A stretch of DNA of 64,000 nt from Malacoraja senta (taxonomy: Eukaryota). This document shows, piece by piece, positions 35,401 to 47,700 of this stretch. A model generated the notes under the pieces. It did no database searches, was not told the DNA's origin, and saw only the letters and a program-made list of their open reading frames with translations. The stretch spans positions 1,116,001 to 1,180,000 of the forward strand of contig CM075981.1 in assembly GCA_038087875.1 (NCBI GenBank). The letters are read 5' to 3'. Every line of letters begins with the position of its first letter. Positions within the stretch are counted from its first letter, which is position 1. The translations under genes and the position numbers were made by a program.

Positions 35401-37200
35401 AAGTCAGCATGGATTTACGAAAGGTAAATCATGTCTGACGAATCTTATAGAATTTTTCGAAGATGTAACTAGTAGAGTGGATAAGGGAGAACCAATGGAT
35501 GTGTTATACCTGGACTTTCAGAAGGCTTTCGACAAGGTCCCACATAAGAGAATAGTATACAAACTTAAAGCACACGGTATTGGTGGTTCAGTATTGATGT
35601 GGATAGAGAACTGGTTGGCAAACAGGAAGCAAAGAGTAGGAGTAAACGGGTCCTTTTCAGAATGGTAGGCAGTGACTAGTGGAGTACCACAAGGCTCAGT
35701 GCTGGGACCCCAGCTATTTACAATATATATTAATGATTTTGACGAGGGAGTTGAATGCAACATCTCCAAGTATGCGGATGACACGAAGCTGGGGGGCAGT
35801 GTTAGCTGTGAGGAGGATGCTAGGAGGCTGCGAGGTGACTTGGATAGGCTGGGTGAGTGGGCAAATGCATGGCAGATGTAGTATAATGTGGATAAATGTG
35901 CGGTTATCCTCCTTGGTGGCAAAAACAGGAAAGTAGACTATTATCTGAATGGTGGCCGATTAGGGAAAGGGGAGATGCAGCGAGACCTGGGTGTCATGGT
36001 ACACCAGTCATTAAAAGTAGGCATGCAGGTGCAGCAGGCAGTGAAGAAAGCGAATGGTATGTTAGCATTCATAGCAAAAGGAGTATAGGAGCAGGGAGGT
36101 TCTACTGTAGTTGTACAGGGTCTTGGTGAGACAACACCTGGAGTATTGTGTACAGTTTTGGTCTCCAAATCTGAGGAAAGACATTGTTGTCATAGAGGGA
36201 GTACAGAGAAGGTTCACCAGACTGATTCCTGGGATGTCAGAACTTTCATATGAAGAAAGACTGGATAGACTCGGCTTGTACTCGCTAGAATTTAGGAGAT
36301 TGAGGGGGAATCTTATAGAAACTTACAACATTCTTAAGGGGTTGGACAGGCTAGATGCAGGAAGATTGTTGGGGAAGTCCAGGACAAGGGGTCACAGTTT
36401 AAGGATCAAGGGGAAATCTTTTAGGACCGAGATGAGAAATACATTTTTCACAAAGAGTGGTGAATCTCTGGAATTCTCTGCCACAGAAGGTAGTTGAGGC
36501 CAGTTCATTGGCTATATTTAAGAGGGAGTTAGATGTGGCCCTTGTGGCTAAAGGGATCATGGGGTATGGAGAGAAGGCAGGTACAGGATACTGAGTTGGA
36601 TAATCAGCCATGATCATATTGAATGGCAGTGCAGGCTCGAAGGGCCGAATGGCCTACTCCTGCTCCTATTTTTTATGTTCTATGTTCAATGAAATGATCG
36701 TCGAGCCTGCGCTTGATCTCCCATTTACGATATCTGCTTTTTCACAACTGGAACAGCGGATATAGTAGATCAGGTTAGAGGAGATGCAAGTGAACCTCTG
36801 CCTCACCCGAAAAGACTGTTGGAGTCCTTGGATGGAGTGGACGGAGGAGGTATAGGGACAGGTGTTGCATCTGCTGCAGTTGTTGGGGAAGGTACCTGGG
36901 GAAGGGGCGGTGACCAAGGAGTTGCGGAGGAAACGGTCTCTTCGGTAAACAGAAGGTAGTGGAGATGGAAAGATGTGGCCTCACCCGAAAAGACTGTTGG
37001 AGTCCTTCGGCGGAGTTGACGGAGGAGGTATATAGACAGGTGATGCATCTCCTGCAGTTCTTATGGAATGTATCTGGGGAGGGGCTGGTTTGGGTGGGAA
37101 AGGACGAGTTGACCAGGCAGTTACGGAGGGAACTGTCTCTTCGGAGAGCACAATGTGCTGGAGATGGAAAGATGATGTCAGTTGTGGGATCCCATTAGAG
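32430..37200 (-). mobile_element. Penelope-like fragment (32430-32700 and 36690-37200) split by a CR1 insertion; orthologous to the Penelope at ~52550-52710 and 59635-60235
   Basis: Encodes GTFPNNCSRCNTC...FTCISSNLIY. The sequence rejoins across the CR1 insert (ttcagcg|aaatgatcgtcgagcctgcgc). Confidence 0.75.
32700..36685 (+). mobile_element. Near full-length degenerate CR1 (esterase ORF1, broken APE-RT ORF2)
   Basis: Encodes VHIGTNDIG, GDFN, GPLGKSDH, YRPVSLTS and [10 protein letters not shown]; the 3' tail is ttttatgttctatgtt. Confidence 0.9.
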
Positions 37201-37769
37201 GCGAGTCGTACAGCGTAGAAACAGGCCCTTCGGTCTAACTTGCCCACGCTGACCAACACGCCCAATCTGCACTAGTTCCACCGGCCCTTGCTTGGCCCCT
37301 CTAAACTTACCCTATTCATGTACCTGCCCAAATTTTTCTTAAATGTTGCGATAGTACCTGCCATAACTACTTCCGTCGGCAGTACGTTTCATATACCTGC
37401 CACCCTTGTGTAAAAACGTTGCTCCCCAGATTCTTGTTAAATCATTCCCCCCTTATCTTTAAACTATGTCCTCTGGTTCTCGATTCCCCCGCTCTGGACA
37501 ACAGACTCTGTGCATTTACTCGATCTATTCGTCGCATGATTTTTTTTAATATCCCTCATCCTCCTGCGCTCCAAGAAATAAAGTCATCGACCCCTCCCTG
37601 AACATGTCCCTGTAGGTCGGGCCCTCAAGTCATCACAATATCCTTGTAAGTATTGTAAGTCTTCTCTGCGCCCTATCCAATTTGTCAGCATCTATCCTAT
37701 AACATGATTAAAACTGACAACAAATCAGACAAATCATCAGACAATCTTTGATTATCTTTTTCATTTCAG

Positions 37770-38136
37770 GAATTACCAGCAGGAAAGAAGAGCATCGTTT
37801 ATGCAACAGTGTTGGATATTCATAGCAACAAGGAAGCTGCTTTGTCTAATGAGAATCAAACTGTGTGTGGAGTGCAATTTCGAAGGAAATCGACAGGGAC
37901 ACTCCAGTACAGATGAGGACAATGTCAGCTACTCAGATGTTACATTTCAAAGCGACAGCCAAATTGCCCGTCAGAAAGCTCCTTCTCCTCACAATCCATT
38001 TACCAGATTTGTACATCTCTGTGTCTCTCCATCCTCCCAGCTGCCAGAACAACCATGATTGCCACTGTACCAGTACATAGCAGCACCATCTCTCTTTGTT
38101 TTATATTTCCAGCATCTGCAGTTAATCTTCTTTTAA
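37770..38136 (+). pseudogene. Antisense ITIM-exon paralogue (copy 3), frameshifted
   Basis: tttttcatttcag|GAA encodes ELPAGKKSIVYATV...STGTLQYR* (TGA ends at 37916). The VSYSDV ITIM survives in another frame. Confidence 0.72.
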
Positions 38137-38354
38137 TCTGAAACTCTGCCACATTTCGACAACACCAACATTCAATCACCTCATTAGTGCAACAGTATCA
38201 CTATCAACAGCTTTTTAAATTCCTTGTAAAAAATTGTTGATAGTGATACTGTTGCACGAATGAGGTGTGTGAATGGCGATATTGTAGAATAGTGTGTAGG
38301 GAGCGAATGGGAAAGAGGAATAACATAGAACTAATGTAACCGGTGATCGCTAGT

Positions 38355-41300
38355 CCATAGACAATAGACAATATACAGTAAATAATAGGTGCAGGAGTAG
38401 CCATTCGGCCCTTCAAGCCAGCACCGCCATTCAATGTGATCATGGCTGATCATCCCCAATCTGTACACCGTTCCTGCCTTCTCCCCATATCCCCTGACTC
38501 CGCTATCTTTAAGAGCCCTATCTAGCTCTCTCTTTAAAGTATCCACAGAACCGGCCTGCACCTAAGGTAGAGAATTCCACAGACTCACAACTCTCTGTGA
38601 GAAAAAATGTTTCCTCGTCTCCGTTCTAAATGGCTTACCCCTTATTCTTAAACTGTGGCCCCTGGTTCTGGACTCCCCCAACATCGGGAACATGTTTCCT
38701 GCCTCTAGCGTGTCCAAACCCTTAACAATCTTACATGTTTCAATAAGATCCCCTATCATCCTTCTAAACTCGAGTGTACAAGCCCAGCCGCTCCATTCTT
38801 TCAGCATATGACTGTCCCGCCATCCCGCGAATTAACCTTGTAAACCTATGCTGCACTCCCTCAATAGCAAGAATGTCATTCCTCAAATTCGGGGACCAAA
38901 ACTGCACACAATATTCCAGGTGTGGTCTCACTGGGGCCCTGTACAACTGCACAAGAACCTCTTTGCTCCTATACTCGACTCCTCTTGTTATAAAGGCCAC
39001 CATGCCATTTGCTTTCTTCACTGCCTGCTGTACCTGCATGCTTACTTTCATAGACTGGTGAACAAGGACCCCCCAGATCCCATTGTACTTCCCCTTTTCC
39101 AAACTTGACACCATTTAGATAGTAATCTGCCTTCCTGTTTTTGATACCAAAGTGGATAACCTCACATTTATCCACATTAAGCTTCATCTGCCAAGCATCT
39201 GCCCACTCCCCCAACCTGTCCAAGTCACCCTGCGTTCTCATTGCATCCTCCTCACAGTTCACACTGCCACCCAGCTTTGTGTCATCTGCAAATTTGTTAA
39301 TGTTACTTTGAATCCCTTCATCCAAATCATTGATGTATATTGTAAATAGCTGCGGTCCCAGGACCGAACCTTGCAGTACCCCACTCGTCACTGCCTGCCA
39401 TTCTGAAAGGGACCGTTAATCCCTACTCATTGTTTCCTGTCTGCCAACCAATTTTCTATCCATGTCAGCACTTTACCCCCAATACCACGTGCCCTAATGT
39501 TGCCCACTGTTCTCCTTTGTGAGACCTAAACAAATGCTTTTTGAAAGTCCAGGTATATTACATCCATTGGCTCTCCCTTGTCCATTTTCCTAGTTACATC
39601 CTCAAAAAATTCCGGAAGATTAGTCAAGTATGATTTCCCCTTCGTAAATCCATACTGACTCGGACCGAAGGTACACAAAAATGCTGGAGAAACTCAGCGG
39701 GTGCAGCAGCATCTATGGAGCGAAGGAAATAGGTAACGTTTCGGGCCGAAACCCTTCTTCAGACTCGGACCGATCCTGACTCGGACCGATCCTGTTACTG
39801 CTATCCAAATGTGCCACTATTTCATCTTTTATAATTGACTCCAGCATCTTCCCCACCACCGATATCAGGCTAACTGGTCTATAATTACCTGTTTTCTCTC
39901 TCGCGCCTTCCTTAAAAAGTGGGATAACATTAGCTACCCACCAATCCACAGGAACTAAATCTAAAGAACATTGGAAAATTATCACCAATGCATCCACGAT
40001 TTCTAGAGCCACTTCCTTAAGAACAATGTGATGCAGACCTGGGTCCTGGGGATTTATCAGCCTTCAGTCCCATCAGTCTACCCAACACCATTTCCTGCCT
40101 AATGTGGATTTCCTTTAGTTCCTCTGTCACCCCAGGTCCTCTGGCCACTACTATATCAGGAAGATTGTTTGTGTCCTCCTTAGTGAAGACGGATCCAAAT
40201 TACCTGTTCAACTCATCTGCCACTTCCTTGTTCTCCATTATAAATTTACATTTTTCAGTCTTCAAGGGTTCAACTTTGGTCTTAACTAATTTTTTCCTCT
40301 TCACATACCTTAAGAAGCTTTTACTATCCTTCTTTATATTCTTGGCTAGCTTAACTTCGTACCTCATCTTTTCTCCCTGTATTGTCTTTTTAGTTATCTT
40401 CTGTTGTTCTTTAAACATTACCCAATCCTCTTGCTTCCCTCTCATCTTTGCTACGTTGTACTTCTTCTCTTTTATTTTTATACTGTCCCTGACGTCCTTT
40501 GTCAGCCACGGTCGCCCTTTACTCCCCTTGGAATTTTTCTTCCTCTTTGGAATGAACTGATCCTGCACTTTCTATGTTATTCCTAGAAATACCTGCTATT
40601 GTTGTTCCACTGTCATCCCTGCTAGGGTATCTTTCCAGTCAACTTAGGCCAGCTCCTCCCTAATGGCTCCATAGTCCCCTCTATTCTAATGTAACACTGA
40701 CACCTCCGATCTACCTTTCTCCCTCTCCAATTGTGGATTAAATCTGACCATATTATGGTCACTACCTCCTAATGGCTCCTTAACCTCACGTTCCTTTATC
40801 AAATCCAGTTCATTACATAACACTAAATCCAGAATTGCCTTCTACCTTGTAGGCTCCAATACAAGCTACTCTAAGGATCCATCATGAACGCACTGCACAA
40901 ACTCCCTTTCTTGGGGTCCAGTACCAATCTGATTTTCCCAGTCTACCTGCATGTTGAAATCTCCCATAACAACTGTATCATTACCTTTACTACATTCCAA
41001 TTTTAACTCCTGATTCAACCTGCACCCAATATCCAGGCTACTGTTTGGGGGCATGTAGATAAGTCCAATTAGGGTCTTTTTACCCTTACAATTCCTTAGT
41101 TCTATCCATACTGACTCCACATCTCCTGTTTCAATGTCACCCCTGGCAAGGGACTGAATTTCATTCCTCACCAACAGAGCTACCCCACTCCCTCTGCCCA
41201 CCTGTCTGTCTTTTTGATAGGAGGTATACCCTTGGATATTCAGTTCCCAGCCCTGGCAGCCATGTCTCTGTAATTCGCACAACATCATACTTGCCAATTT

Positions 41301-42810
41301 CTAACTGAGCCTCAAGCTCGTCCACTTTATTTCTTATACTTCGCGCATTCATATACAACACTTTGACCTCCGTTTCCACCAACCCCCTCGCACCGCTCGT
41401 AATTGGCCCTGACCTTTCTCTTTTATCCCTTCTCGAAATTTCCTTCCCAATAATTTGAGAATCTTTTGTAATTTTTCCTGTACTCACTTCCCCTTCAACT
41501 CCAACTTTATACTCCCAATTTGTCAATCCTTCCCCCCCACTATTTAGTTTAATCCCACACGCGTAGCCCTAGCAAACCTGCCTGCCCGAACGTGGTCCCC
41601 CTCCAGTTAAGGTGTAACCCGTCCATTTTGTGCAGGTCACCGCTACCGAAGAAGAGATCCCAGAGGTTTATGAATCTAAATCCTTGCTCCCTGCACCAGG
41701 CCCTCAGCCACACATTCAGATCCACGATCTCCCTGTTCCTGTCCTCACTAGCACGAGGTAGTGGAAGCAATCCAGAGATAACCACACTAGAAGTCCTGCT
41801 TTTCAGTCTTCTTCCTAACTCTCTGAACTCACTTTGGAGAACCTCCTTCCTCTTCTTCCCGATGTCGTTTGTGCCTACGTGCACAACTTCTGCCGGCTGT
41901 TCTCCTTCTCTCTCGAGGATGTTCTGAATTTGGCTCATGACATCTTGAACCCTGGCACCAGGGAGGCAACAGACCATCCGCACATCTCGTCGGCTGCCAC
42001 AGAATCTCCTGTCTGCTCCTCGGACAATGGAGTCACCCGCCACTATGGCTCTGCCCGACACCACACGAGTCCCATCTCTAGGATTGGAGCCACCGACGTG
42101 TCCGCCGCTTACATTGGAAGCATCGTCTCCCCTGACAGTTCCTGTTTTCATTAGGCACAGCCACCTGGGTCTCCTGCATTCCACGGTTACCACCCTTTCT
42201 CTCAGTCACACACCTTCGTTCTTCGCGTATCCTCGGCGTGACAACCTCACTATAGGTCCTGTCCAGGAATCTCTTGTTTTCCCGGATGGTCCTGAGGTCA
42301 TCCAACTGCTCTTCAGTGCCCCAACACGGTCCTTCAGGAGCTGAACCTGAACACACTTGCCACAGTTGTAGCAGCCAGAGGCTCCATCCATGTCCCTGGA
42401 ATCCCACATCCTGCAAACATCACTCTGCCTCATCTTACCCGTCATGTGTTCACCGCGTCCCGTCCTCTCCAGCTACTTGCGTAGCCTCCTCGAAGACTCT
42501 CGAGCCAAAGACTCACACTTCCCTCACAAGGCAGCTCCCTCACTGCCGCTCCCCTGGAGCAGCCTTGCTTATATTGACTGATAAATTGCCTAATTTGCCA
42601 ATTTACAAACTAAATTCCTCAGATTTAAACTGTTTTTTTCCCTGTGACTGACTCACCTTCTCCACGGGTTTCAGCCAATAAGCTCTGGGCTAACACTGGC
42701 TTTTTGGTGCTCTTTTTAAACTTTTTCCCCCCTGACACCTTTCCCACAGTATTCAGCCAATAAGCTCTTCTCCCTGCTTCTCTTGATTGCTGCTTCTCCA
42801 AGCACTGGGC
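38355..42810 (-). mobile_element. Near full-length degenerate CR1 in the V2-C2b intron
   Basis: ORF1 esterase (GDSIVRG, GTNDIG) at 41549-42193 and ORF2 fragments between 38562 and 41297. Confidence 0.9.
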
Positions 42811-43026
42811 TCGTTGTGGACTCGGTGGGCCGAAGGATCCGTTTCCATGTTGCAATTTGTAAACTACAACTAAATATCCGGGTGAACCTTTTCTGTAACC
42901 TCTCCAAACCTTTGACATCTTTAGTTTTATAAAGCGGCGACCAGAACTGTGCACCGGACTCCCACCTAACACATGTTTTGTCCGTTGCCAAAGTGGAGAC
43001 ATAAAGTCACTCATTGAGAAACCTAC

Positions 43027-43344
43027 CTTCAGATACCTGGAGATGTACTTTAAATGTTGGTTCGCCAGATGTAGTAATTCCACAGCTGTACCATCCTGTG
43101 TCTCCAGAGTGAAGATCCTCCACAGTCACAGTAAATACTCTTCCTGCCGGGTTATCTGTGATTGACACTCTTCCGCTCTGTCCATATTTCCCATTTGTTT
43201 CCACTACATGTGTACACTGGCGACTTGTCCCAGGGCACCAGTATTTTATGTGTGAGCGGTACACTGCTGCATAATGACAATCGATTGTGATCGCTCTTCC
43301 TACAACTCCTCTTACTTCGCTCTCTGCCCACAGTGCACCTGAAA
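43027..43344 (-). CDS. CD300/pIgR-like Ig V exon (V2), intact, phase 1-1
   Basis: ccttcag|TTTCAG...GAAG|GTAGGT. I counted 14 nucleotide differences from V2' over 318 nt, with no stops. Confidence 0.93.
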
Positions 43345-44451
43345 CTGAAGGAAAAATCTATCATAAATTGAAGAGCAAAATTAGCCTTTCACAAACATAT
43401 ACACTATAGTATACATCAATGTGTACAGGGGAGTCCGCCTAATCATTTTCTTAACTCTGTTGAATTCCACCTAGATTGCGATGAGAGACAGATACTGTAC
43501 ACCGTCCCTCACCATCTGCACAGGTCGTTCCAAAGCGCTTTCTAGCCAATGTGGGTGTGAATGGTGAAGAATAATGCAATGGACACGGAGTCTGTTGCAA
43601 TTGGAAGGCGCTGTCTTGGGAGTATTGGTGAGTTGCTGCAGTGCATCGTGCAGATGGTGCAAACTGCTGCTGCTCTGCATCAGCGAGGGAGGTTGAGGAT
43701 GGGGTGTCTATCAAGCGCGATTCTGGGTAATGACAGACCAAGCACAAGTCTTCAGTGAAACTGTGGCCGAGGCCAGTGCTTCTTAAACTGATGAATGGTT
43801 CACCCAAGGGTGAATGAAATTATTTTGGGGTGAATGAGTTAATTTATGTTTTTTGCTCATGTGACAAATAAAAAAATATACATTTAAAAATATACACAAG
43901 GGAGAATAAGACGAAAATTACCAAAAAAACATAAGAACATTTAGTCGAGGGTGAATAAAATGTTGTGAGGAAGACTCAAGGGTGAATGACACTGAAATAG
44001 TTTAAGAAGCACTGGCCTTGGCTACGCTTGGTCGCACTGATGTAAACCATTCACACTCTCTTCTGGACTTTCAATCTGAGCGTCTCCATACCTAATGGGA
44101 GTTTCATTCCAAAATTATCTTTGACAAAAGTAAGGGTTATACTTGAAGGAGTGACTGCGAATTAGATTCCACTTTAATTTTGTGAGATTACTGGGATTCC
44201 AGTGATTCACACAAATTAACATTTAAATTCATGAACATGATCATGAAATTGTACATCCTTGGATATAAATGATGATGGATCCAAATAGAATGCATTTGGT
44301 TGCTTTTTCTGTCTCAACATGACGGTGAGATCTAAAAAGGCAGCCAGAAAATAATTTCTACGGCAGAAGGCAGAAATGTGATGGAATGCTCTCAACCCGT
44401 TGTGATAAGTGCGGGTCTTTCTCTCCTTTCGAAGCTCAACACCTCACAGGT

Positions 44452-44774
44452 ACCGTTACAGAAGGAGGAGCAGCGTCCGGGTAGTGAGTAGATAAACGGT
44501 GCGGGGCTTTGCTTTCCAGACGCCATGGGACCGTTGCAGAAGGAGGAGCAGCGTCCGGGTAGTGAGTAGATAAATGGCGCGGGGCTTTGCTTTCCAGACG
44601 CCCAGGGACCGTTGCAGAAGGAGGAGCAGCGTCCGGGTGGTGAGTAGATAAACGGCGCGGGGCTTTGCTTTCCAGACGCCCAGGACCGTTGCAGAAGGAG
44701 GAGCAGCGTCCGGGTAGTGAGTAGATAAACGGCGCGGGGCTTTGCTTTCCAGACGCCATGGGACCGTTGCAGGA
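44452..44774 (+). repeat. Tandem array of four 77-78-bp CpG-rich monomers plus a partial fifth
   Basis: Units start at 44452, 44530, 44608, 44685 and 44763: accgttgcagaaggaggagcagcgtccgggtagtgagtagataaacggcgcggggctttgctttccagacgccatggg. Confidence 0.95.
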
Positions 44775-47700
44775 GTACCAAAACTGCAACGTTCCATTCA
44801 AGTTTCCTATAAGTGAGGAAGCCGCTGATTGGTGGAAGAGGACCAAGAGAAAGCAGCTGATTGGGAGTCAGATCCCTGCTGATTTCCTCCACCAGTTTTG
44901 TATTGTATCCAGGGTAAGGGGGGAGAATGAGGGCCAGGGCAGTTTACTGTTCTGGATGTCAGATGTGGGAGGTCATGGAGTCTGATACCCCTCCAGACGT
45001 TCACATCTGTGTCAGGTGCGTAGAGATGGGGTTCCTAAGGGACCGTGTTAGGAACCTGGAGCAGCAGCTCGATGACCTCTGTCTGATCAGGGAGAGTGAG
45101 GAGGTCATAGAAAAGAGTTATAGGGAGGTGGCCACTCCAACACCACGGGAGGCAGACAAGTGGGTCACGGTTAGGAAGGGCAAGGGGCAGAGGCAGGGAC
45201 TAGTGAGTACCCCGGTGGCTGTACACCTTGAAAATAAGTACTCCTGTTTGAGTACTGTTGAGGGGGACAGCCTTCCTGCGGGTAGCAACAGCGGCCGGGC
45301 CTCCGGCACAGAGACCAGCCCTATTGCTCAGAAGGGTAGGGAAAAGAAGAGGAGGGCAATAGTAATAGGGGACTCTATGGTTAGGGGGTCGGATAGGCGA
45401 TTCTGTGGACGCAGTCAGGAGACCCGGATGGTAGTTTGCCTCCCTGGTGCCAGGGTCAGGGATGTGTCTGAACGCGTCCAAGATATCCTGAAATCGGAGG
45501 GAGAGGAGCCTGAGGTTGTGGTACATATAGGTACCAATGACATAGGTAGAAAAAGAGAAGAGGTCTTGAAAGGAGAATTTAGGGAGTTGGGAGGAGAGTT
45601 AAGGAGAAGGACTACAAAGGTAACAATCTCAGGATTACTACCTGTGCCACGCGACGGTGAGAGTAGGAATGGAGTGAGGTGGAGGATAAATGCGTGGCTG
45701 AGGAACTGGTGCAGTGGGCACGGATTCAAATTTCCGGATCATTGGGACCTCTTTTGGGAAGGTGTGACCTGTACAGAAAAGACCGGTTGCACTTGAACCC
45801 GAGGGGGACCAATATCCTGGCGGGGAGATTTGCAAAGGCTACTGGGGAGACTTTAAACTAGAACGGTTGGGGGGAGGGACTCAAATAGAGAAAGCTAGTG
45901 GAAAATGTGGGAGGCAGGAGGCAGAGAAGGGAAGCACTCGGACCCAAAATGTAGGGGAGAAAGAAGAAAAAGATAATCAACAGAGAATAAGTGGTGGTGG
46001 GTTTCTTAAATGTGTATATTTTAATGCTAGGAGCATTGTAAGAGAGGTGGATGAGCTTAGAGCCTGGATTGACACCTGGAAGTATGATGTTGTGGCGATC
46101 AGTGAAACATGGTTGCAGGAGGGCTGTGATTGGCAAATAAATATTCCAGGATTTCGTTGCTTCAGGGGTGATAGAATTGGAGGGGCAAGAGGTGGGGGTG
46201 TTGCATTGCTTGTCAAGGAAGATATTACAGCAGTGCTTTGGCAGGATAGATTAGAGGGCTCGTCTCGGGAGGCTATTTGGGTGGAACTGAGAAATGGGAA
46301 AGGTGTAGCAACACTTATAGGGGTGTATTATAGACCGCCAAATGGGGAGCGAGAATTGGAAGAGCAAATATGTAAGGAGATAGCAGATATTAGTAGTAAG
46401 CACAAGGTAGTGATTGTGGGAGATTTCAATTTTCCACACATAGACTGGGAAACACATTCTGTAAAAGGGCTGGATGGTTTGGAGTTTGTAAAATGTGTGC
46501 AAGATAGTTTTTTGCAGCAATACATAGAGGTACCTACTAGAGAAGGGGCAGTGCTGGACCTCCTGTTAGGAAATGAGACAGGGCAGGTGGCGGAGGTATG
46601 CGTCGGGGAGCACTTCGGGTCCAGTGATCACAATACCATTAGTTTCAATATAATTATGGAGAGGGTCAGAACTGGACCTAGGGTTGAGATTTTTGTTTGG
46701 AGAAAGGCTAACTTTGAGGAGATGCGAAAGGATTTAAAAGGAGTGAATTGGGACATGTTGTTTTATGGGAAGGATGTAGAAGAAAAATGGAGGACATTTA
46801 AGGGTGAAATTTTAAGAGTACAGAATCTTTATGTCCCTGTTCGGTTGAAAGGAAATAGTAAAAAATGGAAAGAGCCATGGTTTTCAAGGGAAATTGGACT
46901 TGGTTTGGAAAAAGAGAGAGATCTACAATAATTATAGGCAGCATGGAGTAAATGAGGTGCTTGAGGAGTATAAAGAATGTAAAAATAATATTAAGAAAGA
47001 AATTAGAAAAGCTAAAAGAAGATATGAGGTTGCTTTGGCAAGTAAGGTGAAAGTAAATCCAAAGGGTTTCTACAGTTATATTAATAGCAAAAGGATAACA
47101 AGGAATAAAATTGGTCCATTAGAGAGTCAGAGTGGACAGCTATCTGCAGAGCCAAAAGAGATCGGGGAGATATTGAACAATTTATTTTCTTCGGTATTCA
47201 CCAAGGAGAAGGATATGGAATTATGTGAGGTACGGGAAACAAGCAGAGTAGCAATGGAAACTGTGAGATTCAAAGAAGAGGAGGTGCGGACACTTTTGAA
47301 AAATATGAAAACGGTTAAGTCTCCAGGTCCTGACAGGATATTCCCTAGGACATTGAGGGAAGTTAGTGTAGAAATAGCAGGGGCTATGACAGAAATATTT
47401 CAAATGTCATTAGAAACGAGAATAGTGCCAGAGGATTGGCGTACTGCGCATGTTGTTCCGTTGTTTAAAAAGGGTTCAAAGAGTAAACCTAGCAATTATA
47501 GACCTGTTAGTTTGACGTCAGTTGTGGGCATATTAATGGAAAGGATACAAAGATAATATATATAAGCATCTGGATAAGCAGGGTCTGATTAGGAACAGTC
47601 AACATGGATTTGTGCCTGGAAGGTCATGCTTGACTAATCTTCTTGAATTTTTTGAAGAGGTTACTAGGGAAATTGATGAGGGTAAAGCAGTGGATGTTGT

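Noticed and set aside
44452-44774. Regularly spaced repeats as a CRISPR array
   Set aside because: Whole 78-bp units repeat with no unique spacers, there are no cas genes, the context is eukaryotic, and the array is the 5' UTR of a CR1.
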